Assembly: GCF_001194135.2 (NCBI RefSeq)
Contig: NC_068999.1
Coordinates: forward strand, 183,537-218,303
Length of the DNA: 34,767 nt
Reading direction: 5' to 3'
Origin: Octopus bimaculoides
Taxonomy: Eukaryota
This document shows, piece by piece, positions 1 to 13,064 of this stretch. The position numbers and the translations under genes are program-made. The notes under the pieces were generated by a model. It made no database searches, was not told the DNA's origin, and saw only the letters and a program-made list of their open reading frames with translations. The number at the start of each line of letters is the position of its first letter. The first letter of the stretch is position 1.

Positions 1-36
<36 letters not shown>

Positions 37-56
37 GCATACATACACATACACAC

Positions 57-91
<35 letters not shown>

Positions 92-200
92 TAATTATAA
101 TACGTATATGAATATACGAATAGGTGTATGTACGTATGTGTATATAAGCATTATATGTGTGTGTGTGTTTGCGTGTATGCATGTGTGTATGTATACCTAT
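1..200. repeat. Compound (TA)n/(CA)n/(TG)n microsatellite
   Basis: Direct. Confidence 0.95.
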
Positions 201-701
201 AAATATGCATATGAATATATTTGCTGGTTTGTTAAGCAAAAATTAATGCAAACACAAGATGCAATCATCGATTAGTTATGTAGAGTTAGAGCTGCAGAGG
301 TAAATGATTAAAAGATCTAATGAGTCAGATGATGATGAAAGCCTAATAATGAAAAAAAAAATATCAGAAATATAGACAAAAACAAAAATACACTCCCCCC
401 TCTAAAACAACCCACAAACACACTAAGACACATACAAAAAATATAAAAAGAAACAGAATTACCAAAAACGAAACAACAATACCAAGTAAAAATAAATGTT
501 TGTTCAGTAGGCAAGGAATTGATTAACAAAAGATTTAATTACAGATATAGACTGCATAACAGCAAAGCAATAGCTTTTTATTAGAAGTTCGCCTCTGTTG
601 TATTTCTTTTCGTTGTCTTCATGAGGGTGACAAGTGTCTTGCACGCAAAGTAAATAATTAGTTGCTATATTATTCATAGAAGGAAGCAGAAAAATAACCG
701 C

Positions 702-709
702 ATATATAT

Positions 710-748
<39 letters not shown>

Positions 749-935
749 CGTGCGCGCGTGTGTGTACACACATATATATACACATATACAAATCTATTTG
801 TCTATCTATCTATATATTTATGCGTGCGTGTGTGTGCGCGCGCACAGAAATATATATATTTGTATGCATATATGTATATGCATATATTTTAATCTACGTA
901 TATATAGTCTAATATGCATTATCTACATTAGTATA

Positions 936-991
<56 letters not shown>

Positions 992-1135
992 TACACACAC
1001 ACACACATGCACATGTACACGTATATAAAATGCACCAATATTCGTAGAGATACATATCTGATTTCTGAATAAATATGGATGAGTCACTCTCTCTCCCTCC
1101 TCTCTCTCTCTCTCTCCCTCTCTCTCTCATATATA
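702..1135. repeat. Compound (TA)n/(TG)n/(CA)n/(CT)n microsatellite cluster
   Basis: Direct. Confidence 0.95.
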
Positions 1136-1993
1136 CATAATAGATATATAGATATATATTTATATATAAAAAGTAAAGGCATATACATGTAAATAAATAT
1201 GGATAGATATCAGCACAGACACACATATTTTACACAGGTAGATAGATATATGAGAGGAATATATCAGTAAATATGATACAAGTGAACGCATTAATGAATA
1301 CTGGGAAGGTACAAAAAGTAGGAAAGTATTGTAACTACAAAATGGAAGGTAAAACAACAAAAAAATTATTTGGAAACGGTGAGAAAATAAAATCGCTGAA
1401 CGGTGTATCAAATTGTGCTGTGATATTGTAGAGGCGAGAATTTGCCTGAATTCTTACAATTTCTGTGTATATATATGTATATATGTATAAATATATATAA
1501 AAACATATATAAATATGTATATGTATATATATACATACATGCATATATATATCTACGTGTGGTGTGTGTCTGTGTGTGTATGTATAAATTGCAAGAATGT
1601 AGGCAATTTTGTAACATTATCTTCAACATCAGAACACAATTTCATATCCCGTTTGTCTTTTTTCTACAAAAGTAAAGTCGATAAGTTGGCGAGCCACGTA
1701 TAAGGTTTGAAGGCTCCACGCCACACGCAATCAACTGGAAAATAGGAAAGCAATCCAAGACACATGTTAAGCTGCCTCCACCACCGCCTCCGCCGTCATC
1801 GCTGCGGCCGATGCAGCCGCCGCTGCCGATGAAGGCGATCGTTTATTCTAATGTCCGTGCGCCTTTGTTTCATTTAATAATTTATGTAAATTGAATCTTT
1901 GTTTAATCTCGCGTGTGCTGACCAAGGTGCCCACCCCCGATTCCGAGAAATCAATAACCCGCGAAAGGCTTCGGAAGCATAGGTTCCGAAAAA

Positions 1994-2027
<34 letters not shown>

Positions 2028-2684
2028 TCTATGAATGTGTAGTTCTTGGAATTATGACTCGATGATGTTATTTCCTAAAAACATTCTTTTTTCTGAAAAG
2101 AGAACGAATTGCTCAAATCTAGAAATCATCCTACTCGAATCAAGGACCAAAAAAGCCATCCTCGCCTGTGGCGTGAATTGAACTTGCATCCCCAAGTGCA
2201 GGAAGAAATACAGCGAAATATACTGACCGACACTCCTACGTCGCCTACATTAAGTGAAAAGAGGTTTTTGTACAGAAACAAGAAAAACGAAATCATGATT
2301 TAGTGATATTAAACGTTTAAATTTGAGTCACAAATGCAAAACATGTACCTATAGGGATTAGCGCTGCTCTATGTGCGGATTAAAGGATTATTGCGTAACA
2401 AGTAAATGTAAGGTGATGAGAAAATAATATATTCTGCTTCATAAAATTAATTTGTTAGCTGCCTTGTATTGTTGTAGTGTGACATTCTGATCAATCTTTG
2501 TGGCTAGGAAAGAAACAACAACAACAACAACAACAGTGTGCTTGTGTGGATGAATATATATGTGCATATATTCATATGAAATGTATGTATGCATAAATGT
2601 ATAAATATATGTACACACATTCACACACATACATTTCATATGAACATGTATATGTATGAACGTGTATGTGCGTGAATATATAGA

Positions 2685-2717
<33 letters not shown>

Positions 2718-3244
2718 TTCCCATTTTCATAATTAAAAAAAAAAATTAGGCGTCATTTTCTTGGAGAGGTACGTTTCTAAAGAAGCGCCATATATATAAG
2801 TATGTATATACAAATCCATGTGTATATACATACATACGTACATACATATACGCACACACGTATATACACATTCATGTATATACATATATATACATTCACA
2901 CACACACACACACAAGCAAGGATATAAACATGTATGTATGTGTGTTCGTGATCATGTGCGTGTGCGAATATGTGTGAGTGTGTGCGCGCGTGCGTGTGTT
3001 TATCTGTCTCTCTTCTGTTTATGCATCTATCCGGTTCTCCGTCTGTCAGCCTGCCTCTGCTTCTCCCTCTCTCCTTATATCTGTCTGTCTGTCTGTCTGT
3101 CTGTTTTTCACTGTTGTTTATCCAATGAGAAATGCCATCACACGCGGCCTGATAAAGCCAGGTACCAGAGTTGTGACAAACACAAAGGAAAGGCGTAAAT
3201 ACCACAAGGTATATCGTCTGATCACTAGCCGTTCCATCAGTCCA

Positions 3245-3450
3245 CTGCCCAAGATTGGTACGGTTATATAATTTTTAATCCAACCCTAAAAGTTGATAAA
3301 ATGCAAAGGTAACGTCGGCGGGACTTGAAATCCGAACGTAGAGTCGGAACAAATAGTTGCCGAATTACCTTTTGGTATCACTGATTTTATTTCATCGATC
3401 CTTGAGAGATAAATAGTACATTTACTCCACCCATGATTTGAGCACAGAAA
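3245..3450 (-). mobile_element. Two degraded SINE family A fragments
   Basis: ttggtac..gataaaatgcaaaggtaacgtcggcgggacttgaaatccgaacgt and tttatttcatcgatccttgagagat, resembling the body of the 12317 copy. Confidence 0.6.
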
Positions 3451-4424
3451 GTAAAGAAACATCTATCACAGAAACATCCTAACATTTCTTTTAAGCGTTT
3501 AATCGGAGCCCTTGTGAATTGTAGCCGTTACGACCCATCTCAGGGTCTCCGTCGCTGCTGGAAGGAAGAGAGAAACTTAGTACCCTTAAATCAGAGTTCT
3601 AATCTAAAAGTCAGCAAATTAACGGCATTCAAGCGCCATCTCGTGATGATTGAAAAAACAAGAGACAATTTGAATTTACGAAGTTACCGCCCTTCCTAAT
3701 CTGAGCTAAAATCCTATTTACTCTGGTTCACTTCGCTTTTTATCTTTATAGAGTCGATAGAATAAAGTACTAGCAAAGTTGTGGAGTTCGTTTAATCAAA
3801 CAAATCTTCCCCACAAATTTTTAGCATTGTACTTATGTCAAAAATTAATATTTATAAAATTTTAAATACATTTTATCAATAAAAGTAGCGCACATAATTT
3901 ACAAGGGAAGCAACTCTGTGACATCTATCTATTATAATTGGATTTTCATAAATAATTTTATACAAGCAAAATTTAGAATGAAAAGAAATGATTTTGGAAC
4001 ATGTTATTCAATGAAATGGTACTTTTATATTTTAACCAATTAATACAAATGTTTAAAAGTACTTTAAATATAATAAATTTGCTGAATATTTACTTCTTTG
4101 TTGAATAAATTAGATAAAATTACTAAGACTTTATATTCAATATTGCAGTCTTATTTTTTTTCTTTTCACATTCCTTTGAAAATATTTCATACAAACTTTG
4201 CGACGCACGTAACCACATCTGTGGGTATTTCAGCGTAAACTGCTATTGAGTTGTTTTGACTCTTATTTCTAGCAATGCTGGTGCTGAATAGTACCCTTTG
4301 TTCACTTTAGTGTCATATATATTTCTGCCGTTGGGTTGTAAAATTGCGAATTAACCACCCATGTTACACACACACACAATCATCAACTTTACGTGCATAT
4401 GTCAGTGTGTATGAGTGTATCAGA

Positions 4425-4426
4425 CA

Positions 4427-4477
<51 letters not shown>

Positions 4478-4759
4478 GCAAGTATGTATGTGTGTGTGTA
4501 TATATATGTATATTTATATATATATATATATATGCAAGTAAGTGTGTATATATGTGCATACACATATGTATGTGAATATATGTATATATGTATGTATATA
4601 TTTCTGTGTGTTTGAGAGTTATATATATATATATATATACATACACACATCATATATAACTCTTACACACATAAATACATATATAGAAACTTATACATGA
4701 ATATATACATACATATATACATAGACAGTTGTGCCTACATAAAGACATACATACATGCC

Positions 4760-4797
<38 letters not shown>

Positions 4798-4800
4798 CAC
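4425..4800. repeat. (TA)n-dominated microsatellite cluster
   Basis: Direct. Confidence 0.95.
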
Positions 4801-5308
4801 ACACAAGCTACAACCCGAAACGCAGACTTTCTCTCCGCCCCCCTCTCTTCTTTCCTCTATTCTTTATAGAGAAATATTGCTTTCAGTCGTGAGTTGCATT
4901 TCTACTCGGTGACTTTCATCAGAGTTTCGCCAACACAGGAAATAAATGACTAAATATCCTACAAGAGTGGAATGTTGTTAATGGAAATATAGAATGTCAG
5001 AGGGCTTCCGTGCTTTGCTCTATGATTTGTGCATTGTGATGGCGGCTTTAGTGTCCATGTCACAGAGAGAATAAAATTTATGCCAACATCTACTGACGGT
5101 TGCTCGCTTCTGTGGAAATGGTCAGGAGAATTGATAATAATTCTTTAATACATACACGCATACACACACCACGCACACACACGCACAGTCATGTATGTAC
5201 ATACAAATATGTATATGTATATATGCGTGTGTTTTTGTGTGACTATGAATGAGTGTTTATATGTATGAATAGAAATCTATTTCTACGTGTGTAACATACA
5301 TATAGACA

Positions 5309-5347
<39 letters not shown>

Positions 5348-5513
5348 TCATTTACCTGTATATGTACATATGGTTATATATACATATATGCATTTATCTG
5401 TATATTTAACCTTATATACAAACATATATACATATATATAATATGTAATATATGTAATGCATATACAACCATGCATACATGCATACCTACGTACATACAT
5501 ACATATATGTATG

Positions 5514-5549
<36 letters not shown>

Positions 5550-6104
5550 TATATATACACATATGTATGTATGAATGTATGTATGTATTGTATGCACGTG
5601 CACATTTAATATGAATACGAATTTGTGGGTTCGTGTGTGTGTGTGTGTGTGTGTGAGAGCGAGCGTAGGTGTGAGTGTGCGTGGATCGTTGTAAAGTCAG
5701 CTTCTCTGATCCTGTTTGAATTTTACTTCGCCATTTCTGACAGAGGAAAAATACATTATCAACTGTGGACTTGTCAAATCTGAAAATTAAATGTAATGTG
5801 CAACTAACGCACAAATACACAGATTCGCATGAATATGTCCAAACACACTTACACTCACATAAACACATACATACGTTCACATATTCACACATTCACATGC
5901 ATATATACACACACATAAATATTCACACATTCTCACATACGGGTATTCATGCATGCAAGGTATGCAGACAGACAGACAGACAGATACACACACACACACA
6001 GACACAATACGCTTAGCGTTCGGGTAAGGTCTCCTGTGCCGAAAACTTGTTCTCATTTCCTCTAATTAAATTGATTAGTTAATAGCAATATTATCTGGGT
6101 TAAA

Positions 6105-6210
6105 TGTTAGAACTGAAAGAATGGCAGACGCAATAAGATGTGGTAGTAATTCTTTATACTCTGAGTTCAAATCCTGCTAAAGTCAACTTTCATCCATCGA
6201 GTTTCCAGCG
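6105..6210 (+). mobile_element. Degraded SINE family A fragment
   Basis: ctctgagttcaaatcctgctaaagtcaactttcatcc (B-box plus start of body). Confidence 0.6.
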
Positions 6211-6754
6211 AATAATTTTCCAATCAATTCTCCGCTTTGATATAATCGATAATTCTCTCTATCAATATTTTTTAACCCTGCGCATATCTTACGCCAAGCA
6301 ACAATAATTATTCTTCTTTAAACCTATTTTAATCAATATTTCTCCGCGAAACTCATAACTTTACATATGTTCATTCGTTTGTGCTACCCAAAGAAAGCTT
6401 CCTTCTCTTAGGTTTTCGTCACTTTTGCTGAGGATTCAGTTTTTGTGGTAGTGTTTCTCTCTCGTTTTCTTTTTGTTGTCTGTCTCTGATGCTTAGCAAC
6501 AGTTTCAGCCTTTTTGCTTCTCTGCTGTCTGATCTCCCTGGTCACAAGACGATGGTGTGGTGCTTTTAGTTTTTATGGCAGACGGATGAGATATCGCGTT
6601 ATTAGTCCTTAAGGATCAGGCTGGAGCAAGGGGGCATCATTAGTCACTTCCGAAGCTGTTACCTACAGCAACCAAATGAATCTAATCTCCAATAAAACCA
6701 AATCCACGGCCCATTTTCTCTGCGATCTATTACAGTTAAAAATAATTCTGTCAA

Positions 6755-6872
6755 GCATCGGACAAAATGCTTAACGACATTTCTTCCGGGTTTGTACCTT
6801 CAAAATCCCAATACTACCGAGGTCAGCTTTACCTTTCATCATTTCGTGGTCGATGAAATAAACTTCCGGTCA
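6755..6872 (+). mobile_element. Degraded SINE family A fragment
   Basis: gcatcggacaaaatgcttaacgacatttctt..ccgaggtcagctttacctttcatcatttcgtggtcgatgaaataa. Confidence 0.65.
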
Positions 6873-7744
6873 AAAACTGGTTTACCTTGCTGGCCTTGAG
6901 GCAAAAGTAGAAAGAATTTCAAGATAAAAGATATTTTTGTGTAAGCATCACGACATTTGATCGTGGGTAAGTTAGGTTGCCTGATCTTAGCTTAGGTGAC
7001 AGAGACATATTTCCAAAGTTATCCATCATACGACAAGTATTACTCTAGGGTAGAAAATTGTCATATGACGGGTATCACGCTAGTTGCTTGATAGTAATTT
7101 TATTGACAACAAAGCGTACAGGAGTTTCTGGAATCAGGTGTGTCATGAATTCTTGGAAGTTAATGCGTTGGCAAAAAAATGTCAAAATGAAACAATACCC
7201 TCTCAGCGCCCCCGTGACCTCCTTTTAAGTATGAAAGAACAACAAATTAACTTGACCTGTTACTCTATTGACTTTTGACCTCTAAGGTCATTACGTACGT
7301 TCGACATAACTATTTGGTATCGATTATTGATAGAAACTTAAAAGTTGACAGGTTCAAATTAACATTTAAATGCTTGAAAACTTTTACAATTAATAAAATT
7401 TGAACATAAACAAAATATAATTAATTAACGTAGTAATTAATTTTCTTTTCTCTGAGATTGGTTTATTAATTTAAATTTAATTATTTTTGAAAGAATCTAA
7501 CTTATTAAAGATAGCAAAAATTAAAATTAAGATTGAAATTAAAATGTCTGCTTCTGTCTGTTTTTATCATTAATTTATTCTTTTAATTTAAATTTGAACT
7601 CGAAAATTGAATCTTGCACAAATATTAGAGAAGTGATGTTCACGAGGTTAAGAAGAAGATCACAGGTTCATATCACATCCAAGACTTTATGCTGCGACAT
7701 AACGCAGCCTCCTGCTTACTTTTTCCATTCCCCTTTGTCAATCT

Positions 7745-7980
7745 AATCGTCGAAATATGTTCGTAATATTTTAACTGTTCCCAACAAGCAAACTCTTTAA
7801 AATGTGTGTGTGTGTGTGTGTGTGTGTGGATCGTTGTAAAGTCTGCTTCTAGCTTCTCTATCCATCGTGCAATGTACTCCTTCACGGTTCCAAATGCCTC
7901 TACGATTACTCGTATGGTAGTTACCTTCATCGTTGTCCATAGCATACTGTGATTTCATACTTCAACCTGTTATAATTACG
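7745..7980 (-). mobile_element. Extreme C-terminus of R4/Dong-type REL endonuclease, split by a (CA)n
   Basis: YNRLKYEIT / LWTTMKVTTIRVIVEAFGTVKEYIARWIEKLE / [microsatellite 7803-7828] / RVCLLGTVKILRTYFD, matching the recalled LKxEI..LW.MK.V.VIP..GALGTV..K.CLLGT.RILR pattern. Confidence 0.8.
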
Positions 7981-8654
7981 TTGGTTGACAGGAGCTTCTA
8001 CAGATTAATTTCAGACAGCCTACCTGATATTAATGATGTTAAAAAGTGACCACATCATGACGAAAATGAATTGAGGCGAGGGATGATGGAATGATTATCT
8101 TTTCTATAAATAACAAAGATAATCTTTAATTCGTTTGACGTCATAAAATTTAAATCCAGAACTCACGATACTCTTTAGACCCAAGGAATCATATAAATGC
8201 TTAATGTTATATGCAAGAGAAGTAGAATTAGCTTAAAATAGCAAGCTATGAATCATACTTAATGTAAACACATCTCGGAAAAGCAAATTTATAGCAGTTT
8301 TGACCTGGAGATAATCTCTTATGAACGTACTGCGTTTAGAAACAGAATATATATCAGAGGCAGACGCCAACCGTCCCAACAGTGGATGGTGAAAAAGCCA
8401 GATGTGCGTTCCTGCCTCATTGGGATTTATTAGTAGCATGTATTCACGGCCAACCGTATGCTAAGTCGAAATCTCTCGTCACTGATTTAGGGAAACAGTG
8501 AAATAGAAAAGCCCTGTTGTTACAAATAATGTATAACAGCGTAAACGACCGGAGATTCCTCGGAAAATTGTACCATCAAAGTACTTCTTAGGGAACTACA
8601 GTGAGTACCAGTGTAGAACAGAAGCTGGACAATTTAATTACTGGTATTCACAAG

Positions 8655-8815
8655 ACCGTGAGTTTCACTTGGGATTCCTTTCACCGTTATTTAACTCACA
8701 AAGTTTGAGTAGATGCGTGACCGGTAAAATACATTCGTCCAAGATGGAACTCTGGAGAGGGATCGAACCAGAATTCGTGGTTGATGAGTGAATTTCTTAA
8801 CCATTCATTGATGGC
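8655..8815 (-). mobile_element. SINE family B head (degraded)
   Basis: Minus strand tggttaagaaattcactcatcaaccacgaattctggttcgatccc; tRNA-like spacing between TGGTTA and GGTTCGA. Confidence 0.65.
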
Positions 8816-8879
8816 TACGACCATTTTACTTATCCTAACTTCTTAAGTTGCATAAATCAGCACATAATAGACACACATA

Positions 8880-8898
8880 CATTCATGTATGTATGTAT

Positions 8899-8953
<55 letters not shown>

Positions 8954-8999
8954 TTATATGTATGTATATATATAAATACACACACACACATATACGCAC

Positions 9000-9049
<50 letters not shown>

Positions 9050-9180
9050 ATGTATATTTATACATATACATATAGCGCATTAAATCTGCAAAATAAAAGC
9101 GTCCGTGTGTGTATGTATGTATATGTATGTATGTTTGTATACACATATACACACTCACACAGCTACTCACATACGTATAC
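8880..9180. repeat. (TA)n/(TG)n microsatellite cluster
   Basis: Direct. Confidence 0.95.
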
Positions 9181-9731
9181 ATGACATATGCTGACTCCTT
9201 TCTTTACGCGCATTAAAATGACATTAGAGGTATTTGAGGATTGAAGAGAGAATTAAATTATACGTCACGGGGAGAAATGGCGGCTAAACGCGTAAAAAAG
9301 AAACGAAAAACCATCTCAAGAATACAAAAATAACTGCCCAACATGACAGAGAAGAAATGCTAAAAGATGTGATGCAATGAGTATAGTTAAAAGAGTATAA
9401 AATATATTCCTACGAATAAATAACGTTCTTTGGTTTATTTGGTGCCTTTTTATATTTTGGGGAAATTTTATTGAAATTTCTCTAGTTTTATTCCTGTAGT
9501 TTATCTTCAACGTTAAATCTGATGATTCTAATTCGCTAACTGGCGCCTTGCAATAGATATACATTTATCTGCACTCCCCACAAGATATCGATACCACGAC
9601 GACCACCACCAGCAACATCAGCAGCAACAACAACAATAGCAATAATAATAGTAAAAATCACCACCACAAGAAGAGCAAAATTAGTAAGGAAAGGAAGCAA
9701 ATTTCTTGGAATATGTGCTTTAGTGTGTGTG

Positions 9732-10031
<300 letters not shown>

Positions 10032-10876
10032 ATGTTTATATGTATATCGACTGATGACGTTCTTATATATACAAACAGTGCTGAATATTTCCAGCTTATA
10101 AATTTTATTCAGAATATAGTTTCTTGGATGGAACTGTTAAACTCAAAGTATGGCGGCAGCGTTTATTCAAACGATAGGAATCGCCAAGTAGCGTGAACAT
10201 TTATATGAAAAAATATTCACAGATACATTGAAATATCATTAACTAAATTCATATCATTTCATTATTTGAATTTTCCAGCGATAAACTTGTGGTATTTTCA
10301 TTTATTCACGAACAAAATCCCTTGTTGTTTTAATGTCTTTACTATCATATGTATAAATCATATATCATTCGTTAGGGCATGGCAAACAAATTATGAATGT
10401 CAGATGCATGTTCTAATGTATTCTTTAGCTACAATCAATTCTCTATGTAATATTTACAAATATGTATATGCGTATGTATTTATAAGTATGTATATAATTT
10501 AAGGTATGTACTGCCTAGCTTTGAGCAATTAACAATAATGTCCCGGCTGTGGTTGGACCCAGAGGTGGGCTCCACGGGGTTTAAGCCACTCAAGAAGAGA
10601 CACGCTGCATGTCAAGATGGCGGCTCTATCAAAATTGAGGGACCGTGCTAGGGCATGTCATGGAATGGTTTGACAAATCAAACCCTAAAATATAAATCTT
10701 TAGATATATAAAATACGTTGTTTGTGTGTGTGTCCTCTATGCACGGTCAAACCTCTAGATCAATCTGTACCATACTTGGGGTACATGAATAACTTGACCT
10801 TGGAAATAATAATACAGCTTTAATTTATTTTTTATTAAAAATAAATAATTTTGCTTTATATATAATAAAGATCCAC

Positions 10877-10911
10877 TTCTTCAAACCGTTTTGTCAAAAC
10901 GGTTTGAAGAA
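10877..10911. repeat. Perfect 17-1-17 palindrome
   Basis: ttcttcaaaccgttttg-t-caaaacggtttgaagaa. Confidence 0.95.
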
Positions 10912-10950
10912 TATTGACAATTGAAAGTGATTGCAAAAACAAAGAACTAC

Positions 10951-11125
10951 CTGCTTTTTTAAACAATTTTAACAGTGAGAACATCGGACAAAGCATGTTA
11001 TTGACATATACATTTGCTGCCTGAGCTGTTGAGAACTGCATAAGCCATGTTTCATGGTAGTTAGAGATCTCAAAGGCAATTTTAAATTTCATTATTTTCT
11101 TTAACCATGGGAAAGCCGGGTATTT
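10951..11125 (-). CDS. Candidate internal coding exon (175 nt; KYPAFPWLKKIMKFKIAFEISNYHETWLMQFSTAQAANVYVNNMLCPMFSLLKLFKKA)
   Basis: On the minus strand a T-rich tract ends in caccAGcAG (NAGNAG acceptor, exon start 11128 or 11125), and the exon ends at gcag|GTAGTT (GT at 10950-10949). Only one of three frames is open across it. Weak resemblance to the Mab-21/cGAS W-x-x-x-F-S motif, from memory only. Confidence 0.4.
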
Positions 11126-11733
11126 CTGCTGGTGATAAATAAAAATATTAAAAGACAAACGAAATGTAACAGTAACAACAATAATAAACCAAAGAAGAAT
11201 TAAGGCACGTTTTATAGAGACTCTCCATTTAGCTCCTTCTTTTACCAATAAGATATCAAGTGGTTATAAGTACTGTTGCACTGAAAGTAGCAGTTGTTAT
11301 TATGCTATCATTGCAGTGGAGCTTGTAAATATGAAGAAGAAGAAGAAGAAAGACGAGGTGAGAAGGAAATCATTATCTTCTTATAATAGCGTCTTCTGTA
11401 TGACTCTGGTCGATAAGAGGGGAAAAGCATCGGCTTTGCTTAATATCTAGATTATTATAGATTCGGTTTGGTTCAGCTTTAGCCAATGTCCATTCTAGCG
11501 AATATATCGATCTACGAGTCACATTGCGACAGCATTAGCGGTTTACCAATGCCTGTGTGATATCGAACACTTACTTTTCCTTATTGCTTTGTGTGTGTTT
11601 ATGTGGGTGTATATGTATCAACGTGTGCATGTGTATACATTCACATAAAGATATGATGTGTATGTGTACATGTAAACTGGTAGATAAGTACATATTTATA
11701 TGTGAATATGTGTATATATGTACGTGTATATGA

Positions 11734-11783
<50 letters not shown>

Positions 11784-11793
11784 NNNNNNNNNN

Positions 11794-11824
<31 letters not shown>

Positions 11825-11866
11825 TATTTACTTTGCTGATAATCCTCTTTACTCTTGGCATGTCAC

Positions 11867-11967
11867 ACTTTTGCCGCCGTTCCATTTCCATCGATCCGCT
11901 GCACTTTGGTAAAGCGCTACTTCTGCAACTGCAGTCGGTGTTATCGAAGAAAAACTCCGCAGACATT
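11867..11967 (-). CDS. Candidate upstream exon (CLRSFSSITPTAVAEVALYQSAADRWKWNGGKS)
   Basis: GC-richer unique island between microsatellites. Acceptor tctcttAG at 11969-11968. Donor is either a weak GTGACA (11866, phase 0, compatible with the 11125 exon) or GTAAAG (11852, phase 2). Other frames and the + strand are also open, so the call is ambiguous. Confidence 0.25.
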
Positions 11968-12312
11968 CTAAGAGATTTATTTTCTGAAGCGTTGACATTG
12001 TTCACACCGTCTACTGGTGTTTATCATCATCATCATCATCATCATCATCATCTTCTTTATCATCATCATCATGATTATTATTATTATTATTGTTTATCTT
12101 TTTGCAGTTTTCGAGGTAGATGGAGTTCAAAAGATTATCCGATAGTTTTAGCACTGGATAATGATAAAACGGTAAGTGTTCCGGAATGGTAAAAAAAAAA
12201 AAAAAAAAAAAAAGCAGCAAATTCTTTGCCAATGGGGATTCTATCTCATATAACTTAACTGGATAAAACAGATAAGTGGATAAATGGGAAAATGGTTGAA
12301 TGACTCAGTGCA

Positions 12313-12316
<4 letters not shown>

Positions 12317-12358
<42 letters not shown>

Positions 12359-12578
12359 TAATAATAATAATAATTTCCATTTTTGGCACAAGGCCGACAA
12401 TTTCAACGGAAGGGCAAGTCGATTACATCGATCCTAATGATCAATTGGTGCTTATTTTATCGACTCCGAGGGGATGAAAGCAAAGGCGGCCTCGGCAGCA
12501 TTTTGAACTCAGAACAGACGGACGAGATGCGACTCAACACTTTACCCGGCTCGCTAACCATTCTGACAGCTCACCGCA
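12317..12578 (-). mobile_element. Full-length tRNA-derived SINE (family A) with (ATT)n tail
   Basis: Minus-strand head gcggtgagctgtcagaatggttagcgagccggg, B-box-like gagttcaaa, body gcctttgctttcatcc..gtcgataaaataagcacca..ggccttgtgccaaaa, tail (ATT)n at 12317-12374. Similar to copies at 13065 and 34022. Confidence 0.85.
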
Positions 12579-12599
12579 TTAATGAAAACAATAAAGACA

Positions 12600-12715
12600 A
12601 ACCGTTTTGTCATAGGCACAAGTCCTTAAATTTTGGAGGAGGTGGGTGGCTGATTGCATCACCCCTAGGAGTTGACTGGTACCTATTATTTCATCGACTC
12701 CGAAAGTATGGGAAG
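12600..12715 (-). mobile_element. Partial SINE family A (3' half)
   Basis: ggcacaag..gactggtacctattatttcatcgactccgaaag parallels 12385-12480. Confidence 0.7.
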
Positions 12716-12724
12716 CAAAGTCGA

Positions 12725-13001
12725 GTGCTGCATCTCCAGACAAAAGAGGGAATCATAAAAACTAAATCCATCCCCATTAGAAGAGGAACATTCCAAGGAA
12801 ACTCGCTCTCTCCACTCCTTTTTCTGACATACTACAAACAACTGGATGTGAATACAACTGCTTTAGTAAAACAATAACCACCCCTTGTTTATCGATGATC
12901 TAAAACTGTTTGCTGCAAAGGATTAACTACTGGAAATATTAGAGACAGTGCATGGATTTACCAAAGAAATAAACAGGAATCTCAGTTTAGAAAAGTGTGC
13001 C
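12725..13001 (+). mobile_element. RT-domain fragment of R4/Dong-type non-LTR retrotransposon
   Basis: VLHLQTKEGIIKTKSIPIRRGTFQGNSLSPLLF (cf. RGIFQGDSLSPLLF). After a frameshift, NHPLFIDDLKLFAAKD*..VHGFTKEI..LSLEKCA from 12876 (cf. HLLYMDDLKLFA..FGLDKCA). Confidence 0.9.
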
Positions 13002-13064
13002 TAGATAAAGAAAAAAAAAATGAATAAGATAATTAGACCAAAGCCAGGGTTACTTAAGAATGAA

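Noticed and set aside
1770-1850. GC-rich Ala/Gly-coding-looking stretch
   Set aside because: Degenerate GCC/CCA trinucleotide low complexity, closed by stops, with no splice support.
317-6016. Dozens of YI/CV/HT-rich ORFs here and throughout the window, including those running through N-gaps (e.g. 22008-22912)
   Set aside because: Translations of (TA)n/(CA)n/(TG)n tracts, which lack stops in several frames, or of Ns.
10613-10624. caagatggcggc, a YY1-like motif
   Set aside because: A single short motif with no promoter context or transcript evidence.
12383-12877. 164-aa ORF
   Set aside because: Chimera of antisense SINE sequence and a dead RT fragment; annotated as mobile-element pieces instead.
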